Source: a bacterium CG_4_10_14_0_2_um_filter_33_32
GTDB lineage: Bacteria > Patescibacteriota > CPR2_A > CG2-30-33-46
NCBI GenBank assembly: GCA_002792735.1
Contig: PFOW01000055.1
Location: forward strand, 273-64,272
Length of the DNA stretch: 64,000 nucleotides
Direction of reading: 5' to 3'
Both the position numbers and the translations under genes were made by a program. Every line of letters begins with the position of its first letter. The first letter of the stretch is position 1. Shown here piece after piece: positions 19,495 to 29,000 of this stretch. Below the pieces are notes generated by a model. The model had not been told where the DNA came from. It was given only the letters and a program-made list of their open reading frames with translations, and made no database searches.

Positions 19495-21531
19495 TTATTT
19501 GCCTTGTTTAAATTTATTAATTTCTTTTTTTAGCTCAATCATTTTCAATTCCCTCGATACAACAATTTTCTCCAGAGTATTCAACTCTTTATTTTTTTGC
19601 TCCAATATCTCTAGATGCTCATTTAAGCTATGCTCCTGTTTTTTAATGTCAGAAATATCTCTAACAAATGTTGATACTGCTATAGGTTTATCGCTTGAAT
19701 CTTCAATCAAATATGCAAATACTGACACGGGTATTCTTTTTTTGTTTTTGGTTATTCGTTCGCTTTCAAATACATGAAATTCGTTAGCCATAATCTGATT
19801 AAAACAAGATTTAGTTTCTTCTACTCTGCTTTGGGGAATAATTGTAAATACAGATTTCCCTATCATCTCTTCTCTCTTATAACCAAGCAGCTCTTCTGCG
19901 CCATGATTCCACTCTAATATTTTCATATTAAAATCAATTACTATGATTGTCTCTAAGGAATCACGAATTATATTTGCCAAAAAGAGATTTTTCTCTTTAA
20001 ATAACTGCTCCTCGGTAACATCTCTGGAATATTCTATAATATTATCGATATTCCCTGCATTATCTAACACGGGGTATTGCCAAACATCAAAAATTCTTGC
20101 GCCATATTTCATAGAAAAATTTATAGGTTTTTTTGTCTTAATTAGCTCCTTTACCTGACATCCCGGGCAACGATCCGTAAGTTTTTGTGTTATCTCGAAA
20201 CACTTTTGAGTCTTTATACTGTTAAAATTTTTAATCTTCAAATCTTCCCTAGCTTTTTTGTTAGCATTAATAATATGAAGATCCTTATCTAATAAAATAA
20301 TATAATCAGACAAGGAATCAAAAATCAATTCCCATTCTTGCTTTGATTTTTCGTAATGATTTTTCTCTTTTATCAGCTGCACTTCTTTTTCTTTAAGATC
20401 GGATATATCCCTCATAAAAGAAGCGACTCCGCTTGGATTACCCTTATCATCCTCTAATACAAAAGAGCTACATAAAATAGGTATTAATGTTTTATCCTTT
20501 TTTAGTCTTACGCTTTCGTATACATGATTTTTATCTTTTAATATTTTTTCGAATATACGCTTTGTTTCAACGTGTTTATCTTCTGGAATAATCCTTATAA
20601 ATGATTCCCCTACAATCTCATTAACTTTGTAACCAAACACCTTTTCGGCACCCTTATTCCAATTTACTATAGAACCATTCAAGCTAACTATCAGAATGGG
20701 GTCTATGGCTTTGTCCATAGCATCTACTAAAACACTATTTTCTTTCTTTACTCTTTCTTCTAATGTAACATCTTTACCGTATTCAATCACCTGTTGTATT
20801 TTTCCGTCTTCATCAAGAATCGGATAAAACCATAAATGATATTTTCTGTTGCCAAAAATATCTATTAAAATATCACGAGGTTTTTTATCCCTTAAAACAT
20901 TGCGAACAACGCACCCTTCACAAATACCCTTATTGCCTTGAAAAAAATTAAAACATTTTATCGACTTATTAGGATCAAATTTTTTTCCTGAGAGCTCAGC
21001 TGCTTTCTTGTTCGCACGGATGACATTAAGATCTTTATCAAGTATAGCGACAAGATCATTTATAGAGTTGAATGTCTGCTCCCAATCATCTGTAGTTTTT
21101 TTAAATTTTTCTTCTTTTCTTTCTAGATCTTCCTTTGTCTTATTATCACTAGTTTTATCAACACCTATAGAAAGAATCAAATCAGCCCCAGCGGCCTTAA
21201 AATAAATATTTCTCCAAGAAACAAAAAGTCTTGATCCATTTTTCTTCAAGATATCGTTCTCGTAGATTTGAAAGGTTTTTTTCTTGGATATTAAACTACT
21301 AAAAATTATCTTTAACCTTTTTCTTATTTCTTTTCTGATAAATAAATCAAAGAAATTTTTCCCAATAACCTCTTCTTCCTTATAACCAAGTTTCTTCAGG
21401 GTTACTTTACTTAAGTAGACAATTTTCCCTTGAAAATCCAAAACAACAACTATATCCTGAAAATTTTCAAACAGTTCATGTATATACGAATCAATACTTA
21501 TTTTCTTTAAAGAAGAGGATTTTACAAACAT
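19495..21531 (-). CDS. cytoplasmic multi-PAS domain sensor protein lacking a kinase domain
   Basis: 678 aa with at least four PAS-like blocks and a C-terminal coiled coil. Two paralogous Cys clusters: KCFNFFQGNKGICEGCVV and KCFEITQKLTDRCPGCQV. It ends 20 nt before the HK gene. Confidence 0.7.
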   Translation of the reverse strand: MFVKSSSLKKISIDSYIHELFENFQDIVVVLDFQGKIVYLSKVTLKKLGYKEEEVIGKNFFDLFIRKEIRKRLKIIFSSLISKKKTFQIYENDILKKNGSRLFVSWRNIYFKAAGADLILSIGVDKTSDNKTKEDLERKEEKFKKTTDDWEQTFNSINDLVAILDKDLNVIRANKKAAELSGKKFDPNKSIKCFNFFQGNKGICEGCVVRNVLRDKKPRDILIDIFGNRKYHLWFYPILDEDGKIQQVIEYGKDVTLEERVKKENSVLVDAMDKAIDPILIVSLNGSIVNWNKGAEKVFGYKVNEIVGESFIRIIPEDKHVETKRIFEKILKDKNHVYESVRLKKDKTLIPILCSSFVLEDDKGNPSGVASFMRDISDLKEKEVQLIKEKNHYEKSKQEWELIFDSLSDYIILLDKDLHIINANKKAREDLKIKNFNSIKTQKCFEITQKLTDRCPGCQVKELIKTKKPINFSMKYGARIFDVWQYPVLDNAGNIDNIIEYSRDVTEEQLFKEKNLFLANIIRDSLETIIVIDFNMKILEWNHGAEELLGYKREEMIGKSVFTIIPQSRVEETKSCFNQIMANEFHVFESERITKNKKRIPVSVFAYLIEDSSDKPIAVSTFVRDISDIKKQEHSLNEHLEILEQKNKELNTLEKIVVSRELKMIELKKEINKFKQGK

Positions 21532-21595
21532 GTAACCGTCCTTTTTACTCCTTATATTATAAACAATATTTTAAGTATGACCAATGAGCTAAATC

Positions 21596-21790
21596 TTATT
21601 TCTTTTGCAAAGACTCATAACCTTCAATATCAAAGTGTGCCGGCTGAGATTGATAATCTGTTTTATTGCTAGTAATTAATCTTAATTCTTTAGCAACGAA
21701 AAATATCGAAAAAGAAACAAGACCTATCATAAAAAATATTGTTGTTGATAAAAATATAATTCTAAATTTTCGATTTCCTAAACGATTCAT
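21596..21790 (-). CDS. hypothetical small single-TM protein
   Basis: 64-aa ORF between the PilO-like gene and the PAS gene. One hydrophobic helix. It may be spurious. Confidence 0.25.
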   Translation of the reverse strand: MNRLGNRKFRIIFLSTTIFFMIGLVSFSIFFVAKELRLITSNKTDYQSQPAHFDIEGYESLQKK

Positions 21791-22335
21791 TAATCCCTCG
21801 TATAAACTCTAAACTTAATTATTGCAATAGCTGATAAATCTAATGACCCCTCCGAAGAAGCTGTAATATTTATTGATTCTATGGTTGTATAATATTTAAG
21901 ATTTTCTAAACCGGATAAATACTGATTTATAGCGTTAAGCTTTCCCTTTAAATTAACCTCTAACGCTACATTATTTGTGTCGCTTACTATTTTACTCTTA
22001 GAAGCTTCCTTACCTTCTGTAAAACTAATTGTCTGGGTATTATTGGTTTGGGAAGCTAAAGACTCTAAAGAATCCAAAAACGGACTAAGCTTATCTTTTA
22101 ATGGGAATATTTCGGAAAAAGATATCCAACCCGGTTCCAACTGCTTGTATTCTTTCTCTAAAGCACTTTGAGTTGTTGATTGATGATTTAATGCCTCTTT
22201 AAGCGCCTGTTTTTGTTTTATTTCATTTATATCTCTCTTTACAGCTGAATTAAAATAAAACACAACTAACAAAGAAACTGTTATTGCAAATATTATCTTG
22301 ATTAAAGCAAAATTTAAAGATTTATTTTTTCTCAT
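21790..22335 (-). CDS. PilO-like type IV pilus assembly protein
   Basis: 181 aa with an N-terminal TM helix, a coiled-coil segment and a periplasmic C-terminal domain. It overlaps the PilM/N gene end. The call rests on position and architecture. Confidence 0.4.
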   Translation of the reverse strand: MRKNKSLNFALIKIIFAITVSLLVVFYFNSAVKRDINEIKQKQALKEALNHQSTTQSALEKEYKQLEPGWISFSEIFPLKDKLSPFLDSLESLASQTNNTQTISFTEGKEASKSKIVSDTNNVALEVNLKGKLNAINQYLSGLENLKYYTTIESINITASSEGSLDLSAIAIIKFRVYTRD

Positions 22336-23755
22336 TTTTTCCTGTCTTCAAGGTAATCTTAAAAATTGTATTCTCTTTCTGTGAAATAGATGATAGAGGC
22401 AAATCAATCTCAGAAAAATAAGAAGCTTTTTCAAGATTATCCTTATATTCTAAAACACCCTCTCTTTTGGCTGATATTCCTTCAATAATCAGATTGCTTT
22501 TTGCTGCATCAAATGAAATCTTGGTTAGTCTAACACTGCCTGGTAAATTTCCTAAAGCCACTGAGAATTTTTTTTCAATCTCCTGCTTTGAAGATTCTAA
22601 TTCTTTCATTCTTTTTACTTGATTATTAAAATCCTTTGATTTTTCTTCTAGGCCCTTATAGGCAGGGTTTGTCTTTGTTGCGTTTATTGAAATTCTATTA
22701 TCTAAATCTGCCCTGAATTGATTGAGAAAAAATGCAAAACCTAAAAAAAGCAATAAAATAATAATTACTAAAACGCTAAAAATATTACCAATGGCGTTAT
22801 AAATAAGGAAGCTTTTTTCTTTCTCATACTCCTCTTTAACACCTAAGGGCAAAAGACTAATCTCCGTATCATCTTGCCTGGCCTTAATCCCCCTAAGAGA
22901 AGCTCCTGATAAGCTGAGATTATCAATATCCTTAAGTTCTGGTTTTCTTTCAACTATCTTGATCTTTGCAGACAACTTATTTTCTAATAAACTAATAATT
23001 TTTTTAGCTTCGGAACTACTATCAATATCAAAATGAAAAGAATCCAATATTAACCCCTTTTTATCGGATGTATAAAAATTTAATACTTTAATAATTTCCA
23101 AAACTATATCTTGCAAATAGTTATTAGATTTAATAATCTTACTGCTTTCTACAAATCTTAAGCCTTTCTTTTCATAAACATACAAAGCAAGCTCGCAGTC
23201 ACGGTATATCACTCCTACAAAAGTCTCCTGCTTATCAAGGGCTGTTCTTAAATGAGAAGAAGTGTAAGTCTCAAAAGCATAGGAAATGACTTTTGCTTTT
23301 GTAAATATCCCAACTAATTTGTTTATTAAAAATTTGGAAGAAGTGGATATTAAATATTCTTTTTTATTTCTTTCTCCTCTAACATTCGGTATCTCTTGCC
23401 AATGGATGAGGCTATCCGACTTATCAAAAGGAACATCTAACTCCACGTTTAATTCAATAGCTGATGAAAGTTCTTCCTGCGGAGTGTTTATAGGCACATA
23501 TTCACTGCTGATATAAGATAAATTATCAGGAAAAGTTACAATAATTTCTGATTTTTTAAAAAATGATCTATTTTTCTTATATATAATATTAAGGTTTTTC
23601 TCTAAATTGCTTATGTCTTCATCGTTATTAAAATCATTTATTTTGCATGGATATTTTAAAACATTAGAAAAAATAATAGATTTTTTTCTATTTTCTTTAA
23701 TATTTTGTACGTAAATATTTTCGCCGGTTATTTGTATACCAGTAGCGTACTTCAA
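22322..23755 (-). CDS. PilM-PilN fusion (actin-like PilM domain, TM helix, PilN-like C-terminus)
   Basis: 477 aa. The N-terminal ~320 aa resemble PilM/FtsA-like actin-fold proteins. A TM helix (FSVLVIIILLLFLGFAFFL) is followed by a coiled-coil and periplasmic tail, as in PilN. Confidence 0.55.
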   Translation of the reverse strand: MKYATGIQITGENIYVQNIKENRKKSIIFSNVLKYPCKINDFNNDEDISNLEKNLNIIYKKNRSFFKKSEIIVTFPDNLSYISSEYVPINTPQEELSSAIELNVELDVPFDKSDSLIHWQEIPNVRGERNKKEYLISTSSKFLINKLVGIFTKAKVISYAFETYTSSHLRTALDKQETFVGVIYRDCELALYVYEKKGLRFVESSKIIKSNNYLQDIVLEIIKVLNFYTSDKKGLILDSFHFDIDSSSEAKKIISLLENKLSAKIKIVERKPELKDIDNLSLSGASLRGIKARQDDTEISLLPLGVKEEYEKEKSFLIYNAIGNIFSVLVIIILLLFLGFAFFLNQFRADLDNRISINATKTNPAYKGLEEKSKDFNNQVKRMKELESSKQEIEKKFSVALGNLPGSVRLTKISFDAAKSNLIIEGISAKREGVLEYKDNLEKASYFSEIDLPLSSISQKENTIFKITLKTGKNEKK

Positions 23756-23756
23756 A

Positions 23757-24158
23757 TTATGGAACCTCCTCTTCTTGCCAACTGTCTTGAACTACCTTTC
23801 CATCATTATCAACTGAAACTATAACTTTTATTCTTTTTTTTACGTCATCAACTTGGCTTGAAGAAATTATGGTTGTTTTCCCTGATATTGGCTGATTGCG
23901 CTCAACTGTAATTGTAGCAGAACCTCCAGAAAGCTGCAAAACATAACCAGAGCTCTGAAAGTTCTTATTTCTGGTTACCATTACTAAACCATCTCTCGCC
24001 CCTGCTTCTGCCATAGAAAGAGCTTGTCTGGCCTTTCTATCATTATTGCTTATATTCAGCTCACCAAAAGAAACTGCACCCAAGGTTAAACCTATAACTA
24101 ATAATATACTAGTAACCACTATCGTTGTTATAAGCAATGCTGACCCTTTATTATCCAT
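23757..24158 (-). CDS. PilX-like minor pilin/pilus assembly protein
   Basis: N-terminus MDNKGSALLITTIVVTSILLVIGLTLGAVSFGE resembles PilX-type N-termini (GSALIvaLi.l.vLtllgvs). Confidence 0.35.
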   Translation of the reverse strand: MDNKGSALLITTIVVTSILLVIGLTLGAVSFGELNISNNDRKARQALSMAEAGARDGLVMVTRNKNFQSSGYVLQLSGGSATITVERNQPISGKTTIISSSQVDDVKKRIKVIVSVDNDGKVVQDSWQEEEVP

Positions 24159-24168
24159 AAATCTATTC

Positions 24169-24708
24169 CTATTTAAGAGAAACTGTTGTTTGGTAATCCT
24201 GAAAAAGAATAATTTCTGTTCCTTTTTTATACTCTATACGAAAATTGATTTGAACTGTGGGCTTTGAACCGGTATTTTTTACCAATCTAAAGTAAGGAAA
24301 ATCACTACCTGTGTTTCTTTTTTTAAAAGATACCGCTTTTGTTGTTAGCTCAGTAGTCTCTAATAAATTGGCGCCTTCATAAATCTTAATAGTGAGAACA
24401 CCCGAATTTATCTCATAAACAGTATCTTTGCCATCGCTCATATGAAGCGATAAAGAATCTGATGTAGGAGAACCTTCGGTGGGCTGATTAACGCTTTCTG
24501 CCTTACCTATGTCCTGATTTAATTTTTCCAGAATAAAACGGCCATTCTGCTGAATTTCAGTAGAAGCAGAGCTTCTATTAGATGCCTTTAGAACCGGATA
24601 AACCATACTCACAACAGCGATTGTAACAAAACCCAAAATAGCTACGTATATTACAAGCTCAATTAAAGTTACCCCTCGTTCCATTGTTTCATTGTTCCAT
24701 TGTTTCAT
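24169..24708 (-). CDS. type IV pseudopilin (PilV/PilW-like)
   Basis: …MERG|VTLIELVIYVAILGFVTIAVV is a canonical prepilin cleavage/methylation motif. Confidence 0.75.
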   Translation of the reverse strand: MKQWNNETMERGVTLIELVIYVAILGFVTIAVVSMVYPVLKASNRSSASTEIQQNGRFILEKLNQDIGKAESVNQPTEGSPTSDSLSLHMSDGKDTVYEINSGVLTIKIYEGANLLETTELTTKAVSFKKRNTGSDFPYFRLVKNTGSKPTVQINFRIEYKKGTEIILFQDYQTTVSLK

Positions 24709-24715
24709 TGTTCCC
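24678..24715. repeat. short tandem duplication (2 x 16 nt AACAATGAAACAATGG) covering the pseudopilin start/leader
   Basis: Plus strand CCATTGTTTCATTGTTCCATTGTTTCATTGTTCC. It encodes the leader MKQWNNETME and creates two in-frame ATGs. Confidence 0.5.
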
Positions 24716-24760
24716 TAACTCATTATTACATCATTATATTGTTAAATTGTTATCTCTACC

Positions 24761-24788
24761 CGTCATTCCCGCGCAAGCGGGAATCCAG
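24761..24788. repeat. left inverted repeat / hairpin flanking the GIY-YIG gene
   Basis: CGTCATTCCCGCGCAAGCGGGAATCCAG has an 8-bp stem ATTCCCGC/GCGGGAAT with a GCAA loop. Confidence 0.7.
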
Positions 24789-24791
24789 ATC

Positions 24792-25082
24792 TTACTTTGT
24801 TATTTCTTCGTATAAATCTTCCCAGGCTAGATTTTTCTTTTCAATAAGCCTTAACTTCCAATTCCTTCTCCACTTCTTAATTTGCTTTTCTCTTATAATA
24901 GCTTGTTCAATATTCCCATGTTCTTCAAAATAAACCAATATATGTGTTTGATACTTTTTGGAAAACCCTTCAACTAAATTATTTTTATGTTGATAAACTC
25001 TTCCTATTAAATCGGAAGTTACTCCGGTATATAAAGTCCCATTTCTTTTATTTGCCATTATATAAATGTAAGACTTTTTCAT
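24792..25082 (-). CDS. GIY-YIG nuclease superfamily small protein (YhbQ/UPF0213-like)
   Basis: 96 aa. SYIYIMANKRNGTLYTGVTSDLIGRVYQH carries the GIY…YIG motifs and a conserved Arg and Glu downstream. Confidence 0.75.
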   Translation of the reverse strand: MKKSYIYIMANKRNGTLYTGVTSDLIGRVYQHKNNLVEGFSKKYQTHILVYFEEHGNIEQAIIREKQIKKWRRNWKLRLIEKKNLAWEDLYEEITK

Positions 25083-25094
25083 AATGTTATTTTG

Positions 25095-25122
25095 CTGGAT
25101 TCCTGCCTTCGCAGGAATGACG
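25095..25122. repeat. right inverted repeat / hairpin flanking the GIY-YIG gene
   Basis: CTGGATTCCTGCCTTCGCAGGAATGACG is the reverse complement of the left repeat. The stem changes C·G to T·A compensatorily (ATTCCTGC/GCAGGAAT) and the loop is CTTC. GAATGAC-like direct repeats follow at 25111-25160. Confidence 0.7.
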
Positions 25123-25189
25123 AAAGTTCAGGAATGACAGAAGGAAGACAGAAATGACTATGGGGCACTGTATCAATCTAATAATTGAT

Positions 25190-26032
25190 TCATGGTGAAT
25201 AATTTATTATTACTTTTCCAACAACTGGAGTGCTGTTAGGGTCAGAAGTACTTAAAAGCACTTTATATTTTATATACCTTTCATTATTATGAGTAACGCT
25301 AATTGCTTCTCCTGGCACAGTATAATAGGTAGAAGCAGTTCCGTCTGAACCGACAAAATTCCATGGACCCGAAGAGTTATCAGAAGAAGCAAGCTGTAAT
25401 CTTATATTAGTATTTTCAGGTTTTGAAATAACTTCCCACCATATTGAATTATAAGCAACGCTTACCCCTGTATCATAAACAGAGGAGAAAATCTCTCCAT
25501 TTTCTGCATAATTACCGCTAGGTAATGAATATTTATAAGTTAATATGCATTTGGCGCCAATCAAAGAAACACTGGCTCCGTTGAGATTATAATCAAGCTT
25601 ATATCTATATTGACCGGGATTTGTAAGCATTGGTGGTGAAAATGCGGTTTTGGCATCATAAAGAATAGAAAAATGGGAAGAGTTAGAGTTGGTTTTAACA
25701 TTAAAACTTTTGACATAACTTGCAGAATTAGGATCAACAGTAGGATTGATTTGATAGGCGGTTAAAGTGATAGATAATTGATTTTCGTTTGTCTCCCTAC
25801 TAACACCCGAGAATTCAATAAAAGCACTTTTCATCTCCGGATCTCTTTCGGAAATAAAAACCTCAAATTCAAAAGAACCGCTATCCACTGAATTAGTAAC
25901 ATTTTCCCTCTGCCCAACAAAAAACTTGGTAGTTTTAAGAAGATTAACAGATGAAGCGTTAACCTGAAATGGGAAAAATGTAGTAACAATAAGCACTACA
26001 ATAATAAAATTATTAAATATTTTCTTAAACAA
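25190..26032 (-). CDS. secreted protein paralogous to the C-terminal domain of the adjacent giant protein
   Basis: Signal peptide MFKKIFNNFIIVVLIVTTFFPFQVNA. LKTTKFFVGQRE…EMKSAFIEFSGVS aligns with LKTVELFIGQDT…TIKSAFFEITGVS of the 2404-aa protein. Both end …YSP*. Confidence 0.7.
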   Translation of the reverse strand: MFKKIFNNFIIVVLIVTTFFPFQVNASSVNLLKTTKFFVGQRENVTNSVDSGSFEFEVFISERDPEMKSAFIEFSGVSRETNENQLSITLTAYQINPTVDPNSASYVKSFNVKTNSNSSHFSILYDAKTAFSPPMLTNPGQYRYKLDYNLNGASVSLIGAKCILTYKYSLPSGNYAENGEIFSSVYDTGVSVAYNSIWWEVISKPENTNIRLQLASSDNSSGPWNFVGSDGTASTYYTVPGEAISVTHNNERYIKYKVLLSTSDPNSTPVVGKVIINYSP

Positions 26033-26056
26033 TATATACCTTTTAATAACTAATCT

Positions 26057-29000
26057 TTATGGCGAATAAGTATATGTTAATGTAAGCTTTGCTCCCCAAA
26101 GAGATACATCACCACCATTTCCAACGATGTTAAGATGATAAGCATCTGTTGCCGGATATGTTCCACTATCATTTATAATCCCATAAAAATAAGAAGTAGC
26201 ATCATAATAAGTCTTAAGATAAGAATTGTTTCCAGTGCTTAGATTAAATACTTTTTGATTTGCACTATCTATATCAGTTGTTATTACTAAGGGGTTTGCA
26301 GTTCCTGAAACGCCAGTGATTTCGAAAAAGGCTGATTTAATGGTCGGGTTGCCTTCTGGTATATAGATATTAAATGCAAACCCGCCCGGTACGCCGTTCC
26401 CGCTTGTTCTAGTGTCTGTATCTTGTCCAATAAATAACTCTACTGTTTTTAACGGCCTAGTTGCCAAAGTTACAAAAGAACCATTTTCAGCACAATGTGT
26501 TGGACTATCAACGCTGTTACCACAAATTGCTTCATTTCCTGCCTTATCGATTGCTTTTACTCTGAAATAATATGTTGTTGAGGGTGACAAACCTGTTATA
26601 GTAACAGCTTGCGCCCCAACGCTATAACCACTAGTTGGGTTAGGCTGCAAGGTTCCAGGCCAACTACCTGTTGTATTGTATTCTACTTGTTTTGTAGCGT
26701 CTTCATTAACACTCCAATTAATAGTTGCGGAAACATCAGAAACACCGGATGTAGAAATACCGGTTATAGTAGGAGCTACTGTATCACAATAAAAGTCTTT
26801 GGAATTTACAGGATCACCGCCAAAATTAACCCATGCGCTATCGCCGTTTGCGTTTTTAACTCTAATCCGCCAATGATATTCATTACCATTGACTACCGTA
26901 GCCTGCACCCAGCCATCAACTGTAGTTTTTGGTGTAGGATAACTCACTGACGAACCTAGAATAAGACCATTACCATCAAAAGGAACTCCGTTAGGCTTAA
27001 GCTCAACTTCTGGCGTTAAATTTCCTGCTACCGCAGAATACATATCTGTGTGAAACCAAATATTGGTCTGGTTAATTCCAGATTCAGGTGATAAAGCTGC
27101 GCCACCTTGAGTTTTAGATTGAATAAGATCAGATGGATCAGCCGGAACATTGCTTAAAATAGTAAACCCATTTGATAAAGTACCAACACCCGCTTGGTTC
27201 TTAACATTTACACTATACTGACCTGTTGGCTTACCAGAAAGATTAACCACACATCTTATCTGTATTGCGCTATCCTCATATACTGTATCAGCATTGATCT
27301 GGGTGGGACCTGATAAATAACACTTTGGACTAGATAAATTTACAAAATTATCTCCTGTAATAGTTAGTTGCAAAGCTGTGTCATTTTGTGTTCCTTCTGC
27401 TGGATCTACTCCAGTTACGGTTGGGACAGATGCTGTTATAAAGAAACCAGATGTGCTACCGTCACCCCATTCTGCAACATAACCTTCTGGATTAGTAACA
27501 GTTAATTTCCAATAGCCTATTGTTTTATACACAATATTATAAGCAGCTGACATTGATGTTGCCGATGAAACAGTTATATCGCCATTTGCAGCTACAATAT
27601 CTGACTGACCGGTTTTCACTAACCTTGAATCTGTACTAGCTGTTTTTGGCTGGAAACCTTTACCTGTTATAGTCACCGTAACAGGATTGCTATTTTCAGC
27701 AGTATTAGGATTAATGCCTGTTATTTTTGGTTTAATATCAAAACGAGTATGTGACGCATCTAAGTTGCTTGTTTTACTGTTGGCTGTTACCTGAATTCTG
27801 GCAGCATAATTCACAGGACCACTAGAAGCACCGCTTGGTATATATACCCCTATCTGATTTTCTGCCCAACCATTAAAATCGCCATTTGGGGTTAATAATG
27901 GATTGCCATTAAAATCATTAAACTTAATATTATAAGAAGCAGACGATCTATTCCCAGCTCCTGGATCAGGCCTAAAATGATCACCATCAATAGCTACTAA
28001 GGTTCCGCCTCCAGCGAATCCGCCGGCAACCCCTGTTGTACATCCACTACCACTGCATGTAAATCCTGTTACTCTAGGTAAATAATCAAAAGAATAATTA
28101 TTACTGTTGACTGAATCACTATGCCTTCTTGCGATCAAAGAAACTGAATAACCTGGATCATTTGGCGCTGTTGTTTCAATGGTAGTTGTTAACCAACTTC
28201 CTATTGATGCAACAGTTGATCCAAACATAATTCTGCTGTTTGCTCCTTGTGTACCAAAATGATTACCGTTAATCCTTAAAGTATCCTCATATCTAGCGCC
28301 AGTTACTCCATTCTCAACAGTAATACCATAACCGGATGCTGTAACATCAACTGAAGTTATTTTAGGTAAACAAGTAAAAGACCAATTATTAGTATTTTTA
28401 TCTGGTGCAGGATTTGTTCTTGTAACAACAATGTTGCCAGCCTCATTACCGTCAGGTATAACAGGAACTGCAACGTTTGTAATTTGAGTTCCGCCGGATG
28501 CTCCATAAGATCCGTTTATAGTTGCCGATTCTCCATTTATTACTACACTTCCATTACTGCCAAAATGATCTCCTATTATAGTAATAATATCGCCTTGATA
28601 CGAAGAATTTTGAGTTACGGCATTATTCAAGCTTGTTATTCTTGGAAGTATTAATAGGGTTTTATCATTATTAGATGTTTTAGTATCATTCCTAGTCACA
28701 ACAATCGCGACTGTAATGCCTGAATCATTTGGTAAAGCAAATGATATTGAAGTGGCTCCCCATGTCAAACCGGCTGTAACATCAGTGGTGCCTACAGTAA
28801 CTTTTCCTCCACCTTGAACAGCGCCGAAATGATCACCGGAAATTGTTATAGAATCCCCTACACGTGCTTCTGAAGTTACGGATGTAACCTTAGGAAGAAT
28901 TATCAAAGTGTAATTATTATTACTTGTTTTTGCATCATCTCTAGTAACAACAACTGCCACAGTAATACCCGAATCATTAGGTAAATTTAAAGAAACAGAA

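Noticed and set aside
25111-25165. GAATGAC-type short direct repeats downstream of the right GIY-YIG hairpin as an independent element
   Set aside because: The repeats are short, imperfect and adjacent to the inverted repeat. They are treated as part of the same hairpin-flanked module, not a separate feature.
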